DNA from: Trichoplax adhaerens
Lineage: Eukaryota > Animalia > Placozoa
Direction of reading: 5' to 3'
NCBI RefSeq assembly: GCF_000150275.1
Contig: NW_002060947.1
Span: 6,711,648-6,775,647, forward strand
DNA length: 64,000 nt
Shown: one piece after another, positions 39,501-54,654 of the stretch
How positions within the stretch are numbered: the stretch's first letter is position 1
How the letters are laid out: each line of letters opens with the position of its first letter
The notes under the pieces: generated by a model
Seen by the model: the letters and a program-made list of their open reading frames with translations, nothing else
Told to the model about the DNA's origin: nothing
Databases searched by the model: none
Made by a program: the position numbers and the translations under genes

Positions 39501-41916
39501 AGCCTAGAAAATATCGAACTGAAATTAATCTGTATTAAATATTCTGTGAATTTATGTATATATAATTTTTAAACCGGTAAAGTCAAGGTATATTGTAATT
39601 TTAAAATGATCAAATAATTTCCAACATTCCCTAATACTCGTTCCGTTATTCCAACCACAGCGCAGATTGGTCTCATATTTCTTCAAGCAGACAGTTTTTG
39701 AAATAATTATCGAACTTTTAGGCTTAATGTATGCCTTACCCATACACAAGACAATAAGTTACACAAGTATTCGTATAGGGGCTATGCTTGTCCTCTGCTT
39801 GGTAATTAATGTTATCTTCACGTTCAGAAAGTAAGCTAGATTGTATGACTTGGTAATGCAAATATGATTAGATCTTATACTTTTAGTATAGAAATATAGT
39901 TACTACCTGACTACGTGACAGTCATTTAAGTCATTTAAGAGCTGAATATCTGTAGCGTAATTTAGTCATTTTCATTAAGGTCAATAAAATACTTTATTAT
40001 TTATAACTAATTTAGTAATTATTAGGATGTTGTTTATCATTAATTTAATTTTCAACTTTCCATCATCATCTTGATCTATGCTCGTCTATAACATGTGAAT
40101 GTACAGTAATAAAAATATTATTTATCTGTGGTAGGTAATAAGTGTATGATAACGTACAACTGCTCTATAAAATCTTTTTCGCTTGCGTAGTCTTTATGGT
40201 ATAGGTTTGTACATCTCCATGTTTATCACAATCATCATCACCATTTGCAAGACATCCGTTGTCATAATATTATTTGTTCTGGCTTTTGCGATATCCTTTT
40301 CAATGATCCTGAGCGATATGGTGTGTTAATTTCCTTATTATCTTACAAATAAACCCAATTTCTGCAAAGTTATAAATTAAAAGTAAATGCACTATTTACC
40401 AGTATCTTAAAGATTTGTAGATAAATGTAGAGCTGATGTTGATAAATGGAATATAACTTTAATAGCAGTGTCATTTATATGCAAAATCACAAGAGGTAGA
40501 TATTGTATCGTACGATATGTTATATAGAAAAAAGAAAATGTTTCATTTATCATTCGTTGACTCATACACCAGAATATTTACTTAGATAAATCTTTCTGTC
40601 AATTAGACCATCTTTCATTCTTTTGATGTGGCCATAATTACTGTTTTAACAATGATGAGTGGAGAACTTAGTTACGAAGATATATATCAACATTTAAGAA
40701 GCACTGGCAGATTGTATGGATTCAAGACTGAGCTATTACTGTTCGTTGCCATGATCATTGTTGTCAATCTAGCATTTGCCAACTTACTGGTAGGAACTAC
40801 CTAGCTGTAGTTACATAGAATTAAAACATTGCAAATTTAATTGTGATCTTCAATATTTGGACAGATTTCATCGTTAGATTGGACATACATAATGAACAGA
40901 TAATATTATGCTATAGCTATAACTGCATGTACTTAACACCACATTAGCAGATTTTACTATATAATTTTCAATTTTTTCATAAATTGAAATTTAAGTGCAT
41001 GCAGCACTTCTAATATGGCCTCAAATTAACCGCTGCATATTATACATTTCCTTAGATTGGTTTGGCAGTTGGAGACATCAAAGAAATAAGAGAAAAAGCT
41101 CATTTGAATCAAATCAAGGGTAATTTTCAAATGGTTATTGGAGCATACGAATCTTTTCCACTGTTTATTAAGAAATATATGTATAAGCCTGGTTTAATCT
41201 TCCAGATAGGAGAAAAGCCATCATTTTTAAATACGGTAAGTAGTCTTAAAGTGCCTAAAAGTTCTGGAATATAGATAATTGTGAGTTAGATATGAGCTCT
41301 TTTGGCTTCATACCTTGAATATATGCAATTAATTGTGTTTTCTTTAGCAAATTTGGAACTTTCTAACTGAAAATATCAAAATAATTAACGGAGAAGAAAA
41401 TGTTAACGAAGAAACTGAATTGAAGGAGCTAAAAGTTCTGTTTTTGGATCAGAAGGCAGAGTATGAAAAATATATTCAGTATATCACCAATTTGTATATC
41501 AGATATTTTCTAGCCCCTTTAGGTAGAATACGAATCTTTTTTATAAATTTTGAACTGCTTTACTAATAATTTATCACTATATTATCAGAATTTTACGCTT
41601 GAAAGAATTAGTAGAAGATACCAAATCAGATGTAAACTTTCACTCCAAAGTGAACAGAAATCACACTAAGAAATTCATTGATGAAGTTTTGGATTCTATC
41701 CATACACAAGACTTATAAAGTAACAACTTTTAACATATTTTAGCTACCATTTTATCTCAACTAGAGACTAAGAAGTATCTTCGCATGAGATATTTAATTT
41801 ATCACTATATACAACTTACCAGTATGTATTAAAATTCGCCATAAAACCTTACTTTAATAAAGGCTACAAAATATTTCAATTTTAAATAAAGGCTAACCAG
41901 AGTGACTCTCTTAGCA

Positions 41917-43067
41917 TGTTCGATAAAACCAATTACGAAAATCTAAAATTTGTAGAATATTGGAACTTTATCATACAAAAATCATGTACACATAGATCTG
42001 CTCTAGCCGAATGTAACTACTAAGTACTTTTAAAAATAGCTACTAGAATAATCTTAGTTGCCAGTTAGAACACTTTTCGTAGCATTTGCAGCTACAATCA
42101 GCATCATTCTACAATATTTTACACATACTCAGATTATTAGTAACAACGTTTTACAACGGACCTTCATTAACTAAATTTGGAAACTGCTTCAGTATTGACG
42201 TAGACATTATTTCTACCGGTCAGAGTACGATGAACTAACCATTTACAGTATTATTCACTATAATATCTAGATTAGAGTAGAAATATTTATGTTGGATAAT
42301 TTTGTTGATTTACCCTTATTTAAAGAGTTTCCAATTTAAATATGTGATGTTTAAATATAATACTAGCTTTTATAGTGATATATTTAGATGCAGTCTACTG
42401 AAATTAGCAGTTTACTTAGGGAATCGAGAATAATCTTTTTACTATTCAAATCACTGTGACTGTAACTTGCTTATGGAAGATTGTAGATTATCGTAGAAAT
42501 GCTCCGTGATAGGGCCTATTGTAATCTGACAATTTTGTATTGATCATTCGATGTCTATATTCTTAAATACTGTTATTTTCATTAGGCAGCAGTAGATAAA
42601 TTAGCTTTTGATTCATTAGCAGATTTCAACGTTAATATTACAAACTAGGTTGTCTTTGCTATTATAAAAGAGTGCATAATTGCGATATATCGTATAATAA
42701 AGACAGTTCTTAAGATTAGTGTTTAACGTAAGATACTAAGCATCTGAGTTTTATTGCAGTCTTCTAGTCTTAGGAAAAGTCTTCCTGAAAGAGTAGATAT
42801 TGCTTCCTGATACGTGGTTCAGGAGTCGGGTTATTGATCGTGCATTACGTTATCTTGTTGCAAAGCTGTTTTGTAACATAATTATATCCTAATATGCGAT
42901 TTACAGTTCTATTTTTACCTCTAACCTTAATATTAACTCGATATCCTACTGCATATATAGTCATAAGTTATTAAATAGTTCTTGAGATAAAGATAAACAG
43001 TCACTCTACCGCACATCATAGCAAACATTGCTAATAGTCTAGAATCCTAATACTAAGCTACGCTACA
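41917..43067. mobile_element. Older LTR-like element (homolog of 31315-32015) interrupted by a nested solo LTR
   Basis: 41917-42240 and 42879-43067 align collinearly with 31315-31850. TGT...ACA ends. No TSD recognisable. Confidence 0.65.
42241..42878 (+). mobile_element. Nested solo LTR (homolog of 44141-44775)
   Basis: Ends ...GCAAAGCTGTTTTGTAACA, degraded 5' end, degraded TSD TAACC/TAATT. The empty site is visible at about 31648 (TAACCATATCCTAATAT). Confidence 0.75.
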
Positions 43068-44140
43068 GTATACTAAGAACATATTCTTTGCAGATTCATA
43101 AATAAGCGTTTTGATATTTTATTTCTCCGATTGCAAATTTTAAAATCAGTTATTGGAGAAACTTTAATCAATAATATTGTTACTAAGCATAACAAAAGCA
43201 GCTCTTTATTAAGATATATTTAATATCTAATCTAACCTACCACAAATTTTCTTCTTAGAATTGCTTTGATCTATTTAATCATAATAAATTAATGACATAA
43301 AAATACCTTCAACTCAAAATATTCGGTTTTACCAAATCTATGAACCTCAAAATTATTGAATGACTACGGTATCTTAAAACATCCTAGAGCTTTAAATGTA
43401 TTTATACAGTAATTTATCCTAAATTCATGGGGTACAATTAGGATTATTATCGCAGTAGAGTTAATACCAACTGCGCAACAATGACTTTAAAATCTCATTG
43501 CTAGGCTAAAGTAATGTTTAACAAACTAATTAGAACCAATTCTGTACATTAATTATATCAACAATTGACTGCAGTTGCTGCTATTCTGCTCGCATAATTT
43601 CTTTTACTCTGGATGAATAAATTCTGGTAATAGGATCGCATATATTAAAAGCAATATACTCTATTGTTATGCAATCCTCTACTACGTTTAATCATTCTAT
43701 TTAATTTATATTTGCTACTCGTTAACCTTGCTTGCTATATGAATTTTAGATACTATTAGTTACATTAGCAGTTAATCGCGTTATATTTCGTGACTGTTGC
43801 TTTGTACACTCGCATAGCATCCATTCTCTAGTAGTAATTTGTGTCAGAGTGCAACCTGACTGATAGGATCCTTCGATAACATTGCAGAATCAGCTTTCGC
43901 TATGACAACGGATTCACTATAGCTAATCAGTTTTTTTTCTTCATGAAACTTAATCATTACACTTTAGCCTAGCTTTAGAATCCAATACAGTTTCATTTGG
44001 AATTATTATTGAGCTACTGTGGTGCTAATTGTAATAGTCTTATTCCAAGCCGCTGCAAAATGGCTCTAGTTATAGTTCTGAAGACAGCGGTAGGTAATCT
44101 CCACAAAATTAGTCTCTCGATAGCATTTAAATTTAGCTGG

Positions 44141-44775
44141 TGTTACAGTGTTAAATACTGTATTACAGTAGAAATATCTATGTTAGGATAATTCTGTTAG
44201 ACTATCCTTATTTAGTTAACTTCTAATTTGGATATACTGTGTATTAATATAGCCCTGACTTTCTATGACAGTGACACTTATACACATACTGAAATTAATA
44301 GTTATAATAGGGAATGCAAATCATCTACTTACAGTTCGAATCATTGTGATTGTAATTTACTTATGGTAGATTGTAAATTATCATGGAAATGTTCCGTGAT
44401 AGGATATATCGTAATCTGACTATTCTGTATTAGTCATTACATGTGTATATTCGTAAATACTGTTGTCTGCATTAAGGGAGCACAGCAGTAGCTAAACTTA
44501 ATATCTAATTCAGTAAATGAATCCGAGGTTAATTGTATTAACTATGACTCATGAACTATTGAGGAATAGTATATAAATGCAGTATATCTTGAAATAAAGA
44601 GAATTCTCAAACTTAGTGTTTAACGTAAAATACGAGGCGTTTAAGTCTTTGTGTAGTCTGCTAGTAGAGCAAAAGTGTTTATGATAGTGCAGATATCGTT
44701 CCTTGATACGTGGTTCAAGGAATTGACTTATTGATCGTATATTGCGTTATCTTGTTGCAAAGCTGTTTTGTGACA
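44141..44775 (+). mobile_element. Solo LTR in the D-E spacer
   Basis: TGTTAC...GTGACA termini, perfect TSD GCTGG, TATATAAA at about 44570, AATAAA at about 44593. Confidence 0.88.
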
Positions 44776-45079
44776 GCTGGACTAGGTTTAATTTGTCTGG
44801 TTAGATAAGGCATAAAAACGGCCCATGTTTTAATCTATTAAGTACCATATGCGAGCAAAGACATCTAACTCGATTATGTCTATATTTTAGCTTATCTGCA
44901 CCGTTCAATTTTGATTATTTATATCAGTTCTGCTAGTATTATTGTGGTGTACATCATCTAGAAGATGCGGTATTAGACCATATTATTGATGCTGGCGTAA
45001 TAGGAAATTCTAGCTAAACTACTTTCGCATTATCCTTAGATATAGCTCTATTTGTCATTTTCAATCATGAAGAAAAGAT

Positions 45080-45093
45080 ATTACCATAACAAC
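45080..45093. promoter_or_regulatory. X-box upstream of copy E
   Basis: ATTACCATAACAAC about 440 bp before the ATG, in a spacer otherwise not alignable to B/C. A forkhead-type GTAAACA lies at 45144-45150. Confidence 0.5.
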
Positions 45094-45531
45094 GAGAGAA
45101 TTATTTGACTTTTTGGGGCGTTAAAGCCAACCTGCTGATTTTAGTAAACAAATTTAATAAAATGAACTATTGACACACTGTAATATTGTTCATGTGAACA
45201 AAATATATATTGATGCTATAACTCCCCATTATCTTCAAGAATCATTCTATCTTATAGTTAGATAACAATAATGATTTCATAATAGGTAAAACTTTGATAA
45301 TTACGTTCTATTATGTTTATTGTATAATAATGATAGATAAAAAGATACGATAATGAATCGTCGTCATATTTTTTAACATTTAGCTATTGGACCCACGGTG
45401 ATATCTCCGATCCCTTCTTTGGGTTATTTCCAATCAACTTCTGAGGAAATTAACTTCACTGCCACCCTAATTGTGAACAAATTAAATTTGATGTGAGTGT
45501 CTTCTTTTAACCGGATAAAGCCAACAACAAA

Positions 45532-48500
45532 ATGGTTAAATTATCCAAGCAGAAATCAACGTTAGTAACACCTGTTCAAAATTTTCTATCTACGGAAATG
45601 CCGACGCCAGTCATGCCAGCCATGGCACCGTCTTCAGAAATGATAAATGAAGGCGATAATCCTAGTCAACCTAAAGTTGGCTATAAAGAAACTAAAATTG
45701 GGAATCGATTTCCTTGGTTAAGTAAAGTTGGTTTGTTAAATCAGAATAAAAAAGAGTCTAAAGAAGCAATTGGTTCATTAGTTAGCATTGGAATAGCGGC
45801 AGCGGGAGCCGAAAGTTTTGGCGATATTTATGAGGTATCTTATTTTACAGTCATTTTCATAGATACAACAACATTTAAAAATTACTTTAATTTTCAACGA
45901 AAAGAATCAGTTTTACTTTTCATAACTGATCATAATTTCTATTAAAACTATCCTTTTTAACTTATACTAAAGCTGCTGGACTCTATATACTAGACTAGGT
46001 TTTAAAACGATATGAAAGTTAATTCTATTCACTTAATAGCATGTTCATTTATAAAAAGCAAGAGATAAGTTTGATAATTATAAGAGATCTTTTAATGCTA
46101 CCCGTACAGTGTACACTTACCATTCCTTAACTTTTAATACTGTTTCATCCTATTTCGAAATACTTCAATTCTTCCGCATACAGTAGTACCTTTAATGGGT
46201 GCATGACTGTGATATGCACATCTGTCATGTTCTTTCTATCAAATTGCCTATAATTAAATAATCAATGAAAGCTTAAAACGAGATCTACGTCTTGCAAGAC
46301 TATTATAATCTATTGTTAAAGGCAAATCAAATGAAGACTAGTAAAAAGCTCGACCTGAATAGCTACATTTTAAAATATTACTTTATTTTACTTAGGCTGC
46401 AAGATTAGGTTATGTTGATGATTTAATCTCCATGCTACAAGTTTCGTATTACAAAGAAAGAATTAATTATCCAGATAAAGATAATTACACCCTGATGCAT
46501 TATGCTGCCCGGCATAATAATGACCAAGTAGTTGGGTGCTTGATAAAGCATGGAGCAGGTAAACTTCATAGATTTTTGTGCGCCGTTATGTTCAATGCAG
46601 ACTAGTTGAAATAATTCTTGCAATATTTAAAGCTATTTAATTTATAGCTGCGGCCTTCAATACGTATTTTCATTCAAATTAGATGTTAATGCAAAAGGAG
46701 GTCGAGATTTAGTTAGTCCACTTCACTTGGCTGCGCAACATAATGCCTACCAATCTGCTGAAGTTTTATTAATGCATGATGCCGCTATTGACGCTGAAGA
46801 TAAGAATAAATCGACTCCATTACATCGTAGCTGCCAATATAACAATGTGAAAATATCGCAGGTAAGTATAATTATTTTACTAAACGAGCCTCACTGCATC
46901 TATACCTAATATGCACTTATTATATAAAAGTGCTCCCGCTAATATTTCGAATTTCAGTAACGGTTAGGTTATTAAGTTGAAACACGATTAAATTAAATCC
47001 ATTTTTATTTAAATGATTTATGAAAGAGATTTTTTCGATGTACGTATTCATTAAAATTGCAAAGGAGGCAGCAAATTGTAGCATATAGTTACCAATAGTG
47101 ATACCTCTCCAATATTTTTCGTATAACATCAAGTTCGTATTTTTCTTCGTCGACAAAGTCTAGCTAACCTGTAAACACTACTAAATCTGCCTTAATAGTA
47201 CTGTATATCGATGCAGGTATTGTAAGGAAGTGGTGGAAAATATACAGTAATCAATTAAATAATTTGGGAGAACAGCCTATATTACTATAAAAGCTATCCA
47301 TATTTGCATACCCTAGATTAAATACTTTCAGATGTTATTATGTGAATGACGTATTGCCATAAAAATAGCTATGATGACTAATTAAAAATCGACCATATTC
47401 TACAGCTGATATTACTGGAAGCACGAAGGCAAGGCAGGGCAAAATCGATTGTCAACCGACCTAATTACGAAAATACTTGCCCTTTACATTGCGCTGCTTT
47501 CTATGGAAGCAGAGAAGCTTGCGATGCTTTAGTAAGTCCAATAATTCATGGCCTAGATATTTGGTAGTAATAGTAATGAGCTAGTTGACATCAAGTTATT
47601 AGAATTGAAATGCTTCTAATTGTAGTTTGAAGTCATTTCATTTTGCTTCATTTATTAAACTATTTAAAATTTTTATCGTAAATTCTTAATCATCTTAACT
47701 CTTAACCCACTATGTAAATCTGTAATATTTAGGTTTATCATGGTGCCAATATGTCAAAGAAAGATGCTTGCAGTAAAACAGCTATTCATATCGCTACAAT
47801 GGCTAAAAACATTGAGGTTGCACAGTATCTGATGAATCATGGTAAGATGCATCCTATTGTTAGTCATATAGAAAAAATTTATTCTTGATTATGATCTCAG
47901 CCTAAATTGTTTTGTTATCACTTGGCATAGCCAAAATGTCCGGCAAGCTCTCTTATATGAGAATCATAGATCAGAATGGATATACACCACTCCATATTGC
48001 CGTAGATTCCGGAAGTTTAGAGGTAATCCTTTATACTGAAAAGCGACTTGAAAATTACCTGTATTTCACACTAGATTATTTACTACCACATCTACTATAA
48101 TAGTAACGTCTAAATAGTAATCTAGTAAGTTATGCATATGATACTGTAATCCCATCTTCTCTCTGTGATGCGCTATATGCTCCGAACTGTAAATCCAATG
48201 TAAATAAATTTCATACAAGCAACTAATTGATAAACAGAATAAATTTTATTTATTATAATTATTTTAAAACTGATAAAGAAAAGAAAATTCTTAATATTAA
48301 GTTTCTGTTTGCTTTTAGCTGACCGAGTTATGTCTTAAATATGATGCAAGTGTAGAAGACCAAACGGTTAGTTACTAGCGATGCTAGGCTAACATGTATA
48401 GTCTAGATTGCTTAGTCCTTTCTTTTATAGCAGTGGCAAATACAAACTCTTCAAAGTCAGCGAAGCGAATAACATTCGATCCATATTTTTTACAGTATGA

Positions 48501-51500
48501 GATGCTAACGCCAATCCATCTTGCCTGTGTTAATGGATTCAGCAAGATTGCTGAATTACTTATTAAACACGGATGCAATGTTAATGCTATGGACAATCGC
48601 GGCAGGAACGCATTCCATAAAGCAGCAATAAGTAACAATACTGAAATTATTCGGCTAATCCATCAAAACGTACTTTAATTAATATAAATGCATAAAGGCA
48701 ATCTTACCTTTTATTTTATTACAATCGTAATATAAAGAATCGGGATCACTGATCCATAACTTTCTTCTTGTCCTTCAGGGTGGCTATATTGAGGCTTCAG
48801 ATAGTGATCTATATACGCCTCTCCTAGCAGCTGCTTATCATGGCTGCAAGGAATCTCTTCAACATTTGATAAATTGCAAAGCTAATCTATTCGCTCGACA
48901 TATTAATGGAAGAAATGTTTTGCATATTGTAGCTGAACGTAATCATGGTGATATAATGAGATATTTAATTGAGGTAGTTAACTCTAATTTGTGTTATATC
49001 TATAGATGGATTGAGTCATTTAACGTATTAAATAAGGAAGATAATTATTGCTTAATTTTTTAATCACGATTATTGTGTCAATTTCTTGCAGCATGGTGGA
49101 GAAATGTTAATAAATTGTCCTGATGATGATGGAATTATGCCAATCTTTGCTGCAGCCCATGCAGGTGCCATCGCTGTAAGTTATTTATTCGGTTTAGTCA
49201 AATTACAAACTAATCCGAAATCTTATTATCAGTCTATTTACTACATTTCACTAATAACTTTATCAAAGTGAATGGAAGCAACAGATTCCGCAAACATGTT
49301 CTTCGATTTATCTCATTCCTAGCCTTGTTTTATTTCAGACAATAAACGTATTGAAGGAATATTTAGCTCGTACTGATTTATTTGACAATAATAATAATTC
49401 CATGATTCACGTTGCGACGAAAAATAATCATCGGGATACTGTGTTTTACATACTAAAACATATCACGCAAGAGGTTAACTTACGTAATAATTACGGGCAA
49501 AAGCCAATCCATGTAGCAGCCATAAATGGTCACGATAGAGTGTTGACTCTTCTAATTAAGTACAGATCAGATCTGGATAGCCGGTAAGGGCGCAAAATCA
49601 TAAAGGCTGATTACTTTATTTTAGCCGTACGGCGATTAGATTATGATTCTGCACTGCAGAGCATTGCCTAGACCTAAAGAGTTTACTGTATAATATTTAA
49701 ATGTTATAAGGGAAAATTGGAAACTATTAATTGTACAACGGAGTAGACTTTGCAAACTATTAATTGAAAAAATTTATTAATTGTGCAGTAAAGTAGAATT
49801 TAGAAACTAAGAATGAAACGGCTTAGTAAATGATACCTTGTCATTTTCGCCCTAATTGCTCATATCATGCAATCCGAATTTTTAACTGCAATATTGCTAA
49901 TTCCTAACGTTATAGGGATAACTTTTCTTACTCGCCGTTACATTATGCCGCACGCGGTGGCTTTCTATCGACGGCTAAACTATTAATTGAAAACGATGCC
50001 AAAATTGATGTAACGGATAAAAGTGGGGTAAGTATTGAATTAAAATCGTCTATATTCATCTTTTTCTAGAAGCTATTCCTATATTTTCAACAATTAAAAT
50101 AGTAACAATCCAATTCAAAAAAATTAGATGAATTGATACTTGCTAATTTCTGATTCAGAACACTCCTTTGCATCTTGCTTGTGCCAATAGCTTTACAGAT
50201 TTAGCTAATTTATTAATTGATCATAACGCTGATCCAACGTTAACTAATTATCGTGGTCAAAACTGTCTGGATATTTGCATTGAGAGCAATCAGTCTGAAT
50301 TAGGGTCAATAATAGTCAAGAGTAAATAGTAAGTTGTCTGTCAAATTTATATTACACAGTTGTTTTACTGATAAAATAGATACCCATACGTCTAATCACG
50401 AGTTGATTAATTCTAGTGGCGAAAAAGTTATGGAAAATAGAGCTTATGATGGTTATTCACCAATGAAAAGACTGATTGAAAGATTACCAGCTGTTGCTAA
50501 GGTCAGTAAATTTACTAATGAAAGTTTCTGTTACTTATAAACTGACATACAGATTTTAGCTCATAAGCTCCTCAAAGTTTGCGTTACATTCTTGGCTATT
50601 TAACAGGATGCTTTAGATAAATGCGTTATTCTTTCGAAAAATACTATGAACGATTCTAAACAGGTTGATTGAAAATTCTAATAGATTTTGTCATAATTGT
50701 AATTGGTATTTTAAGAAAGATTCCTTTGAAAATTTAGGTAACATTTGATTTTCGTTACTTGGAGAGCTCTCCAGAAGATAAGCAACTCAAAGAAGTCAAA
50801 GATAAATATTTAGCTGTAAAGGTAAAGCTTTTGTCTTAAAAAGACTGTTATAGTGATAGCTTAATTATGCATTGCAAATCTCTTAAAGATCGTTTATGCT
50901 GATAATGGTGTTATTTAAATCTAGAGTATGTTAAAGTATGAACGAAACGAATTAATGAGACATCCAGTGGTAGCAGCATATCGGCATTTTAAGTGGTATG
51001 TATGTTTTAATTTAAGAATACCCTCTTTAAATCTATAACACTACCCTGAATGAATAATAGGATACTAAATTTTAAAATATGATCGCATCAATCTTTTAGG
51101 AATGCCATTATGAAATATATCTACTACGGAGATTTACTGCTTAAAATTATATTTCTTCTTGGAGTCGTTATTCCCATAACTCTAAACGCTCGTGATTACT
51201 TAAACTACCGGATTGAAGAAGTTAATAAGGATCCTAACTTAACATCAGCTAATATCTACCAAGGATATTTTGTAAGCAAAATCGTAAAGTAAATGATAAA
51301 CAATTCAAAATATTAAATACATTCTATAGCAGATTACCAGAACGAAAAGGCTGAGTAGCACAATCATGATTTTCCTTCGCTAATATATATAGATATACTT
51401 CCTATCAGCTCGAGCATTATTGTAGTAATACATAATCATATCATTTATTAACACATTATAATTATTAATCAGACATTATCTAATTTTAAAAGATTTTCAT

Positions 51501-53934
51501 ACATAATCCAATAAGTGCTTCTATACTTTTGATTTCTCATATTCTTACTTCGTTGTAATAACTACCGTAGCTGATATTGAGTTAAACCTTAACCGCAATC
51601 TCATTAAATTTGCCATTAATCAACAACCTGGAAAGAGACCATATCACTTATTTTTTATTCGTTGTCTAGTTTATCAAAATATAATTATTAATCAAATATT
51701 GTCTCATTGTAAAAGAGTTCGCATATAATTAATTAAACGCCTGTATTCTCTTGATTTTTCATATTTTTACTTTAAATTCACTAATTGATATTAAGTCAAG
51801 TTTTTGCTTCAGTTTCATTTAATAAAGTGTCTTCAACATTAGGACATAAAAACTGGAGCTTCCTTGTAAGCTTCACTCTATTATATAAATCAATTTCGTC
51901 TCATAACTACCGAGGATTATCTATTTTAACTTTATGCTAATTTGAAACTTTACTATATGCCATTGAATCTGTAATTTGTCAAAATTTTAGAAAATGGTTC
52001 TATCATTCATGCGTTTTATTTTCATGCCTAGATTAACCAAATGATCGTAGAAAGAAATATTATCGTATTTTTAGCCGTTTGCATTGCATTATCTTCGCAC
52101 TTGGCTTTACTTCTATCTAGTGTAAGTAAATTTTATAATGGTTTCGATTAAGTGTACTAATTACTGTATTGTCATCGCTAGTTGCTGTAAATATACAGTA
52201 GTCATAATTAAAATTTTAATGTATAGATATTTGTTGAGTAACAATATATACTTCTTATTTAGGTATATCAGTATAATCTTCAACATATATACTAAATCTT
52301 CCAATATTTCTTTCAGCCCAAATTATTTTTTAAGTCCGGGTTATTCATGCTATGGCAAATTGTGATCGAAGGATTTACATTATTTTATTGCATGCCATTC
52401 GATATGCCAGTCTTTCCTCTATCAATTCAAGTCGGTGCCATGATTGTTTTGCTCCTATTGATAACTTTTATGTTTAATTTAAGAAGGTAATAAAACTAGA
52501 ACTTATCAAGTTATGCAAATTGTAAGATTTCACAGGATATAAAATTTTATCCTGATATAATTTTAAAGGTGATGAGTTAAGTTAGAACTCTTACTTAGTA
52601 AGACTAATCACAACTCATATTTTTAAGGGCTTACGGCATTGGAATCTATCTGTCTATGTTTTTTACCATTATTAAAACTATCCTAAAGGCATCCATTACT
52701 ATCTATCTCTTCATTTTCGCCTTTGCGTTAGCCTTTTACATGCTCTTAACTGATATGGTAAGTCTTAATTCATACAATTCCATCAAGCTCTACGGTAAAG
52801 ATCATGTATAGTTCTTATGATTTCTTCTATTTTTAACCTGATTATTTAGCCTATGTTTAGTGAATTCCATTTCGCAATCTTTCGCGTAATGACTATGATG
52901 GCGGGAGACATTAGTTTCGAAGAAGTGTTTAATTATATGCGAGAAAATAATCGAATGCAAACGGCTGGAACGGTCTTTGCTGTCATTACTTTAGTAGTTA
53001 TATTCATCAACATTGCATTCGCCAATCTCTTAGTAAGTTATCCATTAGCTAATAGTAAATATTGTGTTTCTTATTTACGATCGCATAAAACTGCTAGTTC
53101 GAGACAATTATAAATTGAAACATTCGTAATTACGGTAATGAAACAGTGCTTATGAGTTAAGTAAATTTGAATAAATAATAATATGTTTAAGTCCTTCTCA
53201 CGATCATATTTTTCTCCAGGTCGGCTTAGCTGTCGGTGATATCGCTAAAGTTCGACAAAGTGCCGATTTGGCTATTATTCGAATGGATATTAAATTTATC
53301 CTTGATCTCCAGCATTATCATTTCCCTAGCTGTGTTAGAAATAAATTGTATAAACCATCTCTTATTCTACATGTGGATAACAATTCTAAATTGTTCGAAA
53401 GGGTATAAATTGATTTAGCTTAGCATTAGCTGCATGTTATTTTATGTTATAAATGCAAGATGAATTAATTGTTACATTATTACTAATTCATTTATGATCA
53501 TATCATTACGGCAGAGAGACTGGAACAAGCTAACTGCAATTTTGGATTTATCCAAAGATAGCCAAGAATCAAACGATAATCAGGAATTAGATATAAAGAC
53601 TTTGCATAAGGAAGTTACTAGGCAGCAACTAGAGTAAGTGGATCAGAATTAGGATACAGTGGTATCCTATATTTTAATTGCGGCACCCCAACTATTTATC
53701 AGGACCTACAATAATGTATATTCTTAAAAGTTTACCCCTTGGAACTATTGAATTTATTTAAGAATTTTAAATACGGATTTTATTTCATTTCTTTCTTTAA
53801 TTTGTAGTGTTCAACATGTTGCTAACCTGGTGCAAGAGACGAAAACAGAAATGATTTCTCGATTCATTATTATGGAAAGCAAAGTGAACAAGATATTAAC
53901 CGTTCAGTCTGCTTTCGATACCAATAGTCAGTAG
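45532..53934 (+). CDS. TRPA1-like: TRPA1-like channel, copy E (25 exons, more divergent, no lesion seen)
   Basis: Exon 1 45532-45834, exon 2 46396-46558, pore exon 52850-53032 (TMMAGDISFEEVF), S6 NLLVGLAVGDI, last exon 53808-53934 (TAG). Intron positions are conserved with B-D. Confidence 0.9.
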
Positions 53935-54654
53935 ACAGAAAGAAAGTAACACCTAATTCATAAATATCAATTCTAGTATCCGCTAGTACGTCCAAATACC
54001 CATACTTTGATCAATTCAACTTTGTGATAGCAGTAGGGTCACTACTTTCTACTATATTTTAATTTAATATTTAACCGAATAATTTATATTTATACCAATT
54101 CTCTAACATGGCTCTTGACATTAATTAGAATAAAATTTGCGAAATAGTGAGAAAATCTTTTGACACGGTATGTAAATTGGATAATATCCATATTTTTTTA
54201 AATCGGCAGTTTTCACTTGTAACTTTAAAATTTGATTATGTAGAGTAGTTTCTTGAAAACAGCATTGCAAACCCGGATATATGCAGCTATTATCAAATTT
54301 TTGGAGAGTATAAGTAACGATGTAGGATTAACCATATAAATTTATTACCTCTGGGCGACGAATAGATTAAGACTTTCGTAAATTCTGTACTTTTCAATCG
54401 TATATTAATAATAATTTATAGAAATGATAAATAATTTAATTTAAAAACCTAGAGCTATATATAGCATGCTAACTAGTTTCTTACATAGGCAGTAAGCAGA
54501 TTATGTATGTATCTCATATTCCCTGCCTATCTTACTGATCTTACTGAAAATAAAATAAAAGATCTCGAATGTAAGAATCTAGCACTTCTTGCACATTTAA
54601 TGATCGCATAGTAATTTCAGTACCTTCACATCCACACAGTAAAACAGTTTTAAA

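Larger units (their letters stand above)
30705..41718 (+). pseudogene. TRPA1-like: TRPA1-like channel, copy D: 25-exon gene with a nonsense codon at codon 6 and a solo LTR inside exon 11
   Basis: ATG GCT AAA ATA AGA TAA (stop 30720-30722, where paralogs encode K/R), then the frame continues homologous to B/C up to the donor after 30947. Exon 11 is interrupted at 36191-36559, giving an immediate in-frame TGA. All other exons and splice sites are intact (pore exon 40607-40789 TMMSGELSYED, stop 41716-41718). Confidence 0.85.

Noticed and set aside
53656-53690. Tc1/mariner-like terminal sequence CAGTGG...GCGGCACCCC in intron 24 of copy E
   Set aside because: No matching opposite TIR could be found.
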